A stretch of DNA of 64,000 bases, taken from the NCBI RefSeq assembly GCF_009914755.1, contig NC_060926.1; one strand, given 5' to 3'. The notes beneath the pieces were generated by a model. That model searched no databases. It saw nothing but the letters and a program-made list of their open reading frames with translations, and was not told where the DNA came from. Positions 29,209 to 39,785 of this stretch are shown one piece after another. The stretch's first letter is position 1; each line of letters starts with the position of its first letter. Source of the DNA: the human T2T-CHM13v2.0 reference genome, Homo sapiens. The translations under genes and the position numbers were made by a program.

Positions 29209-32200
29209 AAAAAGAATAGACACATACAAATATAAACAAAACAAGGTGAGAAATTCTAGCTAAAATAGTGCATGTCCAAAGACTCTGAGTCTAATGCCTT
29301 CTTTCTTTGTTTATAAAGCAGACTGACACCACTAGAAAGGTGTTAAAGATATATTATCACTATGGTGAGATTTTCTCCTAGATATAATCATGAAGCATAA
29401 GAGCAAACTGAAAAGGGAACAACATTCTTACCTGGGGATCAACGTTATTTAAAATCATGTCTGTCTGGGGCTGTCCATCCCATCCCAGGCTTTCAGAAAC
29501 ACTCGTCCAAGGAGGACCCTCAATGCAAATCCCTTGCTGTTACATATTGGGCAACTGTTTCCTCTGCAACTTCTTCTGCATGCTTGTCTGCATGCATGGT
29601 CTGCCCCTGACCTCTAGGTACTCAAAGTCCAGGAAAGTGTCTTTCTACATAGTTCCTGCCAAGCAGAGAGTGCTGCTTAATAAAGATCTGTCAGGGACCT
29701 GGTGATGATGGAGATGGATAAAGACAACTATGTTGGGAGTGAGGGATCCAAGGAAGAGAGGACAGAGTTCAGCTGAATCAGACAACACAGAGGCAGAAAA
29801 TGTGCTAAACAGAGGCTGGTCCAAAACATGTATCCCTGATTGTCAGTCACAAAAACAGCTTGGGGTTTACTGTGATGGAAGCATAGCCTTAGACATCTGA
29901 TTTTTTAAAGACTCCAGTGAGAGAGGGTAGTAGGAAAAGCAACAGTGTGATCTGAGGGCTCCATTCCAGGTCTCTGAGACACACTGGTGGGATGGGGTAA
30001 ATATCACTCTCATTCAATTAGCAGTTGTTGTGTGCCTAGATCTTTAATGCATCATGTCAATTCCTTACAAATGTTCAAATTCAGTATTTTATCTCTGTTT
30101 TATAAACAATAAAATCTAGGTCCAGGGAGGTTAAATAAGTTGCCCAAGACCACTCTGCTGGGAAGGGCCCCAAATGGGAATGAAATCCATGTATTTTGGA
30201 CTTCAAAGCCCATGTTCTTCCCATCATTCTGCAATAGTATAAGGAAATGCATGCTGGCCAAATGGTCTCAAGCCAAGATAATGATCACTATGATTACCAG
30301 GACAAGAATCATTGCTATTTCTCATTATAGAAACAGAAAATGAGGTTGGATGAGATTGCAAGGGGTCATCCATACCCTCATTGCTTGGCCTTTTCGTTTA
30401 TACACACACACACAAATATGTCTTCTACCACACATATACTAGGGACCAAAGATAGCACTATTAATCTGGAATGAACATGTGCAAGTAGCAGGGGAAACGA
30501 TTAGCAAATAATGAGTACCTACTGTATGCAGAGCCCTATGCTAGCCACTGGGGTGGCTTCAAGAGGGTTCTTTCAGACATTGATGTTGATTCTATTCAAT
30601 CACATCCAAAACAATCTTTCCATGAAGGAGAAAAATAATTTGATCTGTCCTTCTCAACCCCTCTATGGACAGGTCCTGCAAAAATCCTCATGAGTACAAT
30701 TCGCTGGGTTCAGGACTGGGGCCCTTGTGTCCCCCTTGTGGGGCATGAGGTCATTCTTGGATTACAGAGTTGGATAGAACCTATATTTGGAAACTCCCCC
30801 CTTTCTTTCCCTGACAATTTGCATCTACCTGGATTTCAAATTGTAACTTACTCAATTGTGCTATTTCGTCATGAGACAGTCAGCCCTGGGTACACCTCAC
30901 CTTTGCTTTTACCATACACAGAAGGAGGTATCAAATGTGTACTATATGCACATGTAAACTCTGGCTTATACCTGATGCATCTCAGGAGGGGGATGGTATG
31001 CAGCTTGGGCCATACAGTATTTTCTTGCCAGCTCCTTTACATCCAGGCTCACTTCCAACTTGGCTTCCTTCCCAGCAAACAAGCAGCAGCTCGCTCATTC
31101 CCACACTCCTTTAAGTGTCTCCTCTCCCTCCAACCTCCTCTCCCTCCCCCATCTCACAGGCCACAGCTGGGCTTTTCCAGCATACCAGCTGGAAAAGGGG
31201 GCAGAAAGAGAGGAGAAAGAGAGAGTCCCAGTATCTCTCCTTTTTCTCTCCCAGCCTCTTCTGAAATCCATATTTCATAACTTCCTGCCCTGCTAGCCTT
31301 AAGTAACTTTCTCAATGGGGGCCTCAGCTAGAAGCCACATCCAATAAATTGGTCAGCTCACCCCAAGCTGATACTGGTAAGTGAAGGATTACTACAAACA
31401 ACACTGTGTAGAGAACCTCACAAACAATTGATTAGAGAACTGCTTCACAACTGTCAAAACACAGGCATCTCCCCTCCTCTCATTCCCAGTTCTGCCCGTG
31501 AAAGTGAGACAGATGCATTCAATGTTGTATCCGTGCTTATGCGTGAGCAAGTTTGTACATGTAAGATAGCTATACCTGTGAAAGAGCCTGTAACCCTGTG
31601 GTGGGGTTTTAACATCCTTACCTTATCTCCCAATAGAGAATTAGAGCTTTGGTAAGAGCCTTGAGTGAAGAAAAGGTTCTTGGAGCTTCCAATTTAAGTA
31701 GGATCAGGACTGACAGAAGTAGGAACTGAAAGCTCAAAACTCTTGGAGGTAACTGTGCTCCCCCTTTCCCAGGATGGTTTTGTATCCTTGGGTCCATAAT
31801 GGTGTCTGTTGCCTATTGGCCATGAAGGGCTTGCTCTCCCATCATGGTGTGTGCATGGTGAAAATTTACAATTGCAGCAACAATGTGGCTGGCAACACCT
31901 TAGGATTTCTATGAACACAGGACAGAGACTGTTCTCTCCAATCTTTGCTGAAGATATATTTGTATATGCCATGTAACATGTTTACTGGGCCTGGATGTCC
32001 TGAGATGAGATGACCCCTTGAATTGGAGAGGCTGAGGGGATCATCCCTTTTTGCTCAGATTAAAAATCTCCTGGACCCCAAAGTGACCTTATTTATGAAT
32101 TCCAACTCCCGAGCTCAGAAAGGATCTTGAGGATTATCTAGTCTCCAGTCCCCATAAGATCCTCCTTCTAAGGTAGCCTATAAGATCTTGGGACAGCTTT

Positions 32201-34659
32201 GATAGAAAGTTTGTATAATAGTGAAACCCAAGTTTACTTCCCTGGAAATTCTATCACTATCGAAGGTACTGCCCTGTGGACCCTTTCTTCTGCAGAGCAC
32301 ACCTTTGGCATTTGACACCGCTTTTTTCCTAAATGTTCTCTTTTCCCCAGTTCTCCTACCTATGAAGCTGCCCACTAGATGAGCTCCAGAGGTTGTCCTT
32401 TCAAGAAATACTCATAGAGCATGAAGCGGGTGCCAGGTACTGGGTTGAGAGCCAATGATCTAACAATGAATGAACACACACAGTTCACTTCTTCCAGGGA
32501 TCTTATAGTCCCTTTGCAGTGCTCCCCTTAGACCCAGGCAAGAGAACCCCTAGCTCTAGAGGACCCCACTCTGCTCCCCATTCAGCTGCACCTCTCCCCA
32601 CAGTGTGAGGAGTCTGCGGGGTCAAGGAACCTCACCTCTCTTCTGGAATATGCTCCAGTTACCCAGAACCCTGGAATTCCTGTCCAGACAGCCATGAACT
32701 TGCTCCCAGGACCTGCAGGACTCTCTTCTTTGGATCCATAAACTGTTCCCTCCTTGGCCTAAGGGCAGGGATTGGGGCAAGGCACCACTGTTTTGGGGAT
32801 GATATGGACAGAGCTTGGACAAGCCAGCAGGACTGTCCATACACGTTGGTCCAAGGCTCATTAGTACAGGCTAGAGTCAGCGTTGGAAAGAGAATCAGAA
32901 TGTCCTGTAGACCAAAGGACAGTTATCCCCATTTGGCTAGTACAGAATCCAGAGACATCTAAAAGTTCTAAATTCAAACCTGTCTTCCAGGTTGCTTTGA
33001 AGGAGCATTTTTCAGGAAAGGAGGATAAAATATATTTTGTTTAACAGTTTGTTAGCTGGATTTACTACTTTTAAATATTTTGGAGCATGGTATGTGAGCT
33101 TCCATTTATACTCCTGCCATAGGGCCTGTAAATGTTAGGGATGGGTCTCTTCTTTGTGGAAGACAGATACTAAATAACCACACAAAGAAATGTAAAATCA
33201 AACCATAGCACTAAGACGAGTAAGTACACCATTTAAGTCTCTTCTAAAATGCTCTACTTGAGCTCCATTCCCAGGTTCTCATTGCATCTTAGGATCTCCA
33301 GATTCCCCAAGCCCTGAAAAGCCATATCTTATTCACAACTAACCAAAACACTGACTAGACTACTCTATACAATTATTGCCCCTTCTGAATGCAGAACTCC
33401 AGGGAAGCCAACCCCAGAAAGAATAAAAAGGCAGATTAAGCCTGCTAAACTTTTCCAGATACACGTCCTACTTTCCATTAGGGCCAGAACAGGTGGCCTC
33501 CCACCCTAGCTTCTGACTGCCATGGTGGATTTCATCTTTGTACCCACTGCTAGGCACTCCACAGCTGCCTAGCTGGGAGGTGGATTCACCTCTTTTCAAG
33601 GTATCCATGTGTGGAGTGCCTGGAGGTTGCTCCACAAAGATAAAATCCACCATGGCAGTCAGGTGTGGGGGTGGGGGACACATCTCTTCTGCTTCCATCT
33701 GTCTAACCTCAGTCTTGCAGCCTAAATCTATTTCTTCTCACTTGGTCTTCAGAAGCAATAGAGAAGCCTTCTCTAACTAACTGTAGATAAAGTGGCAAAT
33801 TCCCCGACTTGTCTTTTTGAGTAGGCACCCCGCCCACTAGCTGCTTTTAAACATGCATCTCCTTCTTGTACCTGATATTACTGTAATTCACTCAGCCTCA
33901 CTGTCTGTGTGTTCTTGATCTCTATCAGCCCCTGTGATGTCTGGGTTAGATTGTGAGACTCCCAGAGGGCAGGACCACATCTACCCTATGTCTCTGGACC
34001 TTGTCCAGCAGAACAGCAGGCAAAAGGTAGGTGCTTAATAAAGACTTTGATGATGGAAACGGACAAGCTCTGCTCTGTGCCTAGAGCATTATAAATCTGC
34101 AAGAAACAGTCCACATCCATGCCACAATCATAGTGGCTTCCTGACAGCCTCTGGGCTGGGGCACACCTTTTCTTTTAAACAAGGCAGGAACAGCACTCTC
34201 TTGCATCTGAGATAGTAATAACAATAACAAAATGCTACGATGGCACTGCTCTTATAGTATTGACTGATTTGATGCTCAGAATAATCTTATGACATGGGGA
34301 CTATTATTATTATTCCATCTTTACAAATGAGGAATCCAAGACACAGGCAGGCTATATAACTTGTTCAGGCCTCCAACTGGGTCCATCTGGCTTCAGAGAG
34401 TTCAGATTACTCACAATGGTACATTGTCCCACAAAGTGGGCTAGTGCAGCTTCAACCAAAAACGGAGAGTGAGGAGGTTGTGAGCTGGACTCTGGTTCTA
34501 CAGTCTCATGGGCCCTGACCCCTGCTCAACATGAATGAATGGTGGAGAGGAGAGAGGCTACTCAGTAGCTTTCTAGGATGGAGCCAAGTAGGTTCTCAAA
34601 GCAAGTGTTCACATCTATCTCTCTCTCTCTCTCTTCCTTTCTTCTCTTCTGTTTTTCCA

Positions 34660-35080
34660 ACATGCTAAGCTCGTTCACATTCACGCTTTTGAACTTGCTA
34701 TTTCCTTCACCTGAAATTCTCTTCCCCTAGACCTATGCATTGCTGGGCCCTTCTCATCATTTAGGTGTCAGCTCAGATGACACATTCTTAGGAAGACTTT
34801 TCCTGATTACCCTATCTAATGTGGTGGTACCTTTCCCACTGCCTCCCTTTCATTCCTTTCTAACTCATTTTCCTTTTTAAATTTCATCACAGAGCTTAAA
34901 TCACCTTATTTACTTACTAGTTTACTTGTCTATTTATGTGTCTCTACTAGAATGTCAGCTTCAGGAGAGCAGAAATCTCATCTATTTTGTTCACTCCTGA
35001 ATACTCATGCCTGGAACAGCAACGGGCACACTGCAGGTGCCCCGAAAAATTTGTTAAATAAACGCATGCACCAATGAATG
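34660..35080 (+). mobile_element. L2 3' fragment
   Basis: ctactagaatgtcagcttcaggagagcagaaat...aaaatttgttaaataaacg...aatgaatg, typical of L2 ends. Confidence 0.65.
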
Positions 35081-35406
35081 GATGCAAAGTCCTTTGTAGA
35101 TAGGTACAAAGGTGAAACTAGCTGGATTCTCTTGCTGTTCCTCACCACAAATATTGCAAGCTGTTGGCAGGAAAAGATCAAATACTCATTTTTTGGCAGT
35201 CGTTTAGCCCCTATAGCAGTAGTAAATGATTGGGGTGATGGGGAGCAGGGAGGTGGGGGTCTGCTTAATTCCTTTGTTTGGGCAGAGATAACACCAAGAC
35301 ATTCAGCTACTAAGATTGCAGCCCACATTTCCTCCAGGGCCATGTGTAGACAATTGCTGGACAGCTCTCTCCCTGAACAGAAATTAAAACACAGAAATTT
35401 TAGCGT

Positions 35407-35552
35407 GTCTCTCTCTCTTTCTCTCTCCCCCTCCCTCCTCCTCCTCCTTCTCTCTCTATCCCTCTCTTTCTCCCTCCCCTTCACTGCTGTTGCCTCTCTA
35501 TCTCTCTCTTCCTTTTCTAGAGTTTCCCTTATCTCCCCTCCTTTGTCTCCTT
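35407..35552. repeat. CT-rich low-complexity tract
   Basis: Nearly pure pyrimidine run on +. Confidence 0.85.
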
Positions 35553-37862
35553 CATAGAAATGCTGTGAAAAAAAAAATGAGAAGAAACTGGGAAACTGTG
35601 TTCTCCACATCTAATGCAGTACTCACATTGCTGTTATTACTACTATAACACAATCCCATTAAAGCCTCTTGGCTCCTGCACAGATAAGGTAAACCCCCAA
35701 AACAAAATAATCATATGCAGGAAGTGCTTAATTTGATCCAGTCTTAATGCAGACAGGGCCCCCTAATCCTCCCACATAATAGAGCCCATTCCTTTACTGG
35801 TGTTAGCTTTTTTATTCAATGCTTTATTTATGACACCCCATCAAAATAATGAACAAGAAAGGAAAGCTTCTAACCTCTGACCAGATCTTGTATCACATGA
35901 GGGTATTTCACAATATTGCCAATGATTTTTTTCTTTTTCTTTTTTCAATAAAATACAGCTTTCTGTTATCAAAATACATGCTCATTATATATAAATTCCT
36001 TCCAAGATATTTTTACACTTCTTTTCTCCTGGATTCTCCCAACACACCTCTGAGGAAAGGAGGGGGGGGCATGAAAAGGTGTCTCCAAATCACGTAAGTT
36101 GGAAAAGCAGCCCAGAGGCATGAAGCTATTTGAAAAAGTTCACACAGTGGGGGAAATATTATCCCAGGGCACCTCCAAGTCCTGCTGTTTTCTAGAGACA
36201 AGAATGCTCTTGCCAGAAGCCACACTCTCAGAAGCCCCTGTGACATGCAGACCTGAGCCCATATGGGAGAAAAAAGAAATGCCTTAGGAATTTAGGAAGC
36301 CAAATAATTCTTTCTTTTGGAGAGTATGAAGTACTTGATGGTGGCAAGATCCTGATATCAAAGTGAGGCACCCTCTTGTTGTCAGCCGAGCCACTCTACC
36401 CCATAGCTCTGCCAGAGCCTGGTGCTGGAAGTAGAGAGAAAGAATGAAGGGAAGGCACTCTGGAGGATTTTTCCTAACAGGAGTTTTCAACTCTGGACAA
36501 CACTTTATTGGATACTTAGGTAATCTTAAGATGGAAGAACCCAGCCCCCAGCCTCTCAGAGACATTTATTCACACTAAGATCTATATCACTTCCCCTCAT
36601 AATTCCAAGCTGTAGCTCCAGGGATCACTGGTCCCCAGAGTTCTTTGTCCATTGAGAGCAAAGCAAGAAAATGAATGAAAATGCCAGCTAAGCCTGCATC
36701 TTACAGAGCACACCCTCAGCAAGAACCAGAGCCAGTCAAAGCCTGGCATGGCATCCTACTGCACTGCCACTTCCTCAAGGAGTATCCAGAAATCCTCCCT
36801 GCACTTCAGGAAACTATTGAAGAAGTGGCTGATAGGAACACATAACCTTGCCCACCTTGCAATTGAATACTCCTTCTCCAGCATCACTAACTGCGTGAGC
36901 CTTTCTATCTGTGATTCTTTGGAGAGTGTTGCCACATTCTATAGTTCCTGAAGAATGTACACATGCTATCCAGCATTGCTGATACTAGATTGTAGGTGAA
37001 CTTGGGAGGGGTGTCTGTGAAAATCTGAATGAATAGGGTAGGGAAAACCTGCCAGACTTGGAAAAGCCCTGGTGCATATGAGAGTTGGCATCCCTATCCT
37101 GGATGGGGAGCATTTAAGGGATTTTCTAAGTCAACACACTTTTTAGGTCTGAAAAGGGAAATAGCAAGATACCTTATTGCCTACGTCAGTCTCTTAAACT
37201 CATTCTCATTCCCATTTACCTGCCTGTTTTCAACATAGAAAAATTTGAGTCTGCCAAGAAGTGTCTCAGCAAATCATATAGTCTTGGACCTAGAATCCCT
37301 CTCCATTTCCTCCTCAGTTGCTAGAACATAATGCTGAGGATGTCAACGTGATATGAAAGGAAGTTGTCCAAAGTAAAAGAACAAGCTTACTGGATTTCAA
37401 CCTATGAGAAAAGGAAAAGAGAACAAGATCTCGGCATACTCTCAGAGCAGGAAGAAGTTGGGATATGGGACTGAAGATGGGCTAGACGAAATGTTACTAA
37501 CAACAAGTTAGATAAAAGGATATCTTGGCAACCAGTGTGAATGTACCACCAAGTTTCTTCACTCCGTTGTTTCTAGATCTTCTATTCTGAGGATGTTTGT
37601 AAAATTTGGAGTTGGAATTGGAGACACTAGCATTGGAAGGAAAATGCAAAACCTAGAACACAAACGAACCACCAAACAGGCTCCACCAGGAACCAGACAC
37701 TCATTGGGCAAACTTAACCACAAGAAACATCAATGAGGGCTCTTAAACATAGAGTCCTCATACTAAAGACAATATAACCGTTCCCCAGGGCAAGCAGGCG
37801 AGTAGCAATCTGCAAGACCTGAAAATACCACAGGAAGCAGGAGAAGAGAAAAGGGGACTCAC

Positions 37863-38378
37863 CTGTTCTGGCCCCTGGAAGCAGATGCGGCAGAGTGGGG
37901 TCCTCATACCACTGTCCAAGCTGCTGCCCAGTGAGTAGCGATCCTCGGTCTTCTCCTTACAGAAGTCATCTGAGGAGGCACTGCTGAGCAGCGAGGCAGG
38001 TGGCTCTGTGGCTGGGCCACCCCAGTCATCTTCCACAGAAGAAGGTGGCAAGGGGGGTGGAGGTGGCACAGGAGGGGGCTCCCTGCCCACCACTTCTCGG
38101 GGGCCCCTCCAGCCTGCCCACCCCCCGGCGCCCAGAGCCGGAAGGGTGTTGTTGGCCGCCAAACCGGGGGGCTGGGGGTCGCCGTGCATGGGCAGGGGCG
38201 CTTGAGGAGGGCGCCGCAGTAAGAAAACCTTCAGGTCATTGAAGAGCATGCGGCAGCGGCACTTGAGGAGACCCTGGTGGCGCAACATCTGGGGGGCTGG
38301 GGCACACAATCCATAGCAGTACCAGCCGGAGCAGCAGCACCACCACCACCAGAGCAGCCCACACAGGGGCATCAGCAT
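37863..38378 (-). CDS. MARCHF4: MARCHF4 (MARCH4) membrane-associated RING-CH E3 ligase, coding part of exon 1 (aa 1-172)
   Basis: ATG at 38378 gives MLMPLCGLLWWWWCCCSGWYCYGLC...SLDSGMRTPLCRICFQGPEQ, recognised as the MARCH4 N-terminus up to the first RING-CH CxxC (CRIC). Ends in phase 0 at CAG|GTGAGT donor (37863/37862); 516 nt = 172 codons. Confidence 0.97.
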
Positions 38379-38827
38379 GTGCCCCGTGGAAGTAGAGAGC
38401 CCAAGAGGGGTGGCTGGAGTCTTAAAAGAGGGGGACAGGACAGGTTTTGGGGGTCCACAGTGGATCTGTGTTGTGGGGGGAGTCTGCTTTCTCACTGGCT
38501 TTTCTTACAACCCCTCCAAGTAGCAAATAAATTGCTCCCAGGACTGAGAAGTGTGAGTCACTGGTTCTGAACTCCACCTGGAAAGCCCAATAACAAAAAA
38601 GTTTTTCTTGCCCTCACACACCCACCCCAACCTCCAACTTTGTTCAGTGTGTCTCCTTTCTGCTTTTGACCTGAGGACACTGGTAGGAGCAGAGGGATTG
38701 AAGAAGCGTGGTGGAGGGGCCACTAGAGCCTCTGTCGAATTGTTTAAATCAATGTCGAATTGTTTAAAAGTTCCCCAGGAAAGGATTATTGGGTTCTTCT
38801 CAAATTCCTACGCAGTGAGAAATCTTT

Positions 38828-38848
38828 CTTTTATATAAAAGGGTGGGG
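38828..38848. promoter_or_regulatory. Palindromic TATA box with adjacent GT/CACCC box; candidate internal promoter
   Basis: CTTTTATATAAAAG (38828-38841) is a perfect 14-bp palindrome reading TATATAAAAG on both strands; GGGTGGGG abuts it. Confidence 0.45.
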
Positions 38849-39114
38849 ACAATTGTAAATCAAATCTGGAGTGGATTGAGCTGGGCTTAGAGAAAACTAG
38901 CTCAATGAAGAATTGAGGACTGCATGTGTGAGAGAGAAAAGATCGTTTTTCTCAGGTGGTAGGGGTTGGGGGAGTCAAGGTAGGGGAGGAGAGAAGATTG
39001 GGAGAAGTTTTAATTCTCCTGGGCAGAAAACTGGGGCAATTAACCCCCAGAAGCACCAGAGTTGCTTTTAAGAGAGCAGTTGGGTGGGGGAGGGGTGTTG
39101 CAGGTGAAACTGGG

Positions 39115-39273
39115 CTAGGGGCTTGTGCTTTGCCTCCGCAGCCAAAGGGTTACACCGAAGAGGGGAAAGCCAATTAGGAGAAGGGAGGTAAAATAGAGGT
39201 TTGGGAAGGAAAAAGGATGGGAGAAAAAGAAAAGATCGTTTAACCCTTGCAGAGGCGCCTCCTTCCTGAGCAT
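39115..39273 (-). CDS. uORF4, 52-aa TM-like peptide MLRKEAPLQGLNDLFFFSHPFSFPNLYFTSLLLIGFPLFGVTLWLRRQSTSP
   Basis: Hand translation from ATG 39273 to TAG 39117-39115; weak start context. Confidence 0.25.
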   Translation of the reverse strand: MLRKEAPLQGLNDLFFFSHPFSFPNLYFTSLLLIGFPLFGVTLWLRRQSTSP

Positions 39274-39382
39274 GAAGATCCTGGCTAGAGGAAGGGTGTG
39301 TGTACCGGGGTGAGAGGGCAGTGGAGCAGAGAATAGGGGTAGAGGAGAGGGGCGTGTGGGAGAGAACAGGAGAAAGGAGTGG

Positions 39383-39454
39383 TTACATTATCTCAGCCCC
39401 CAGCCCACCCCTGCTGCAGTCGGCAAATCCGTGGCGCCCTCCCCTCGGTTCCAT
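39383..39454 (-). CDS. uORF3, 23 aa MEPRGGRHGFADCSRGGLGAEIM (translation unproven)
   Basis: ATG 39454 shares its A with the uORF2 stop (TGATG); ends ATG-TAA at 39388-39383. Confidence 0.35.
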   Translation of the reverse strand: MEPRGGRHGFADCSRGGLGAEIM

Positions 39455-39717
39455 CAAAGGTCCCTTCGGTCGAGGGGCAAGAGCCGAGAGAAGGGCAGGT
39501 CCGGGCGGGCGAGTGGCCTCGCCTTCTCCTCCTCTTCCTCCTCTGGGTCGCGGTCGCCCTCCTCCTCCGGCTCCGGGTCGGCCCGCGCCCGCAGCTGCTG
39601 CTGCGGCGGCGGAGGCGACTGCTGCTCGGCGTCCGGGTGTCTCCGGGGCGGGGGCTGCTCCGGCTCGTCCTCTGGCTGCTGCCCGCCGTCCGGCGCGGTC
39701 GCGACTCCGGCCTTCAT
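39454..39717 (-). CDS. uORF2, 87-aa acidic/Pro-rich candidate microprotein MKAGVATAPDGG...PLDRRDL (translation unproven)
   Basis: ATG 39717 with A at -3 (GGATC ATG A); open to TGA 39456-39454; the ATG-initiated part of track ORF 39454..39891. Confidence 0.5.
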   Translation of the reverse strand: MKAGVATAPDGGQQPEDEPEQPPPRRHPDAEQQSPPPPQQQLRARADPEPEEEGDRDPEEEEEEKARPLARPDLPFSRLLPLDRRDL

Positions 39718-39785
39718 GATCCTCCTCCTCCTCCCCCTTCCCTGGGGGCCAGCCCTGAGCCCCCGCGCCCGGGCAGCGCTGCCAT
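39714..39785 (-). CDS. uORF1, 23 aa MAALPGRGGSGLAPREGGGGGGS (translation unproven)
   Basis: ATG 39785; its TGA (39716-39714) overlaps the uORF2 ATG as ATGA. Confidence 0.4.
   Translation of the reverse strand: MAALPGRGGSGLAPREGGGGGGS

Noticed and set aside
35005-35610. 201-aa and 159-aa overlapping ORFs
   Set aside because: Driven by the CT/GA low-complexity tract and L2 sequence.
38379-38495. 39-aa N-terminal extension of MARCHF4 from GTG 38495
   Set aside because: Near-cognate start in poor context (C at -3, A at +4); the recognised protein starts at 38378.
38421-39717. Splicing of uORF2 onto the main ORF via the acceptor-like TCCCCCTCTTTTAAG at 38421
   Set aside because: The acceptor would be in frame, but I found no credible GTRAG donor within uORF2.
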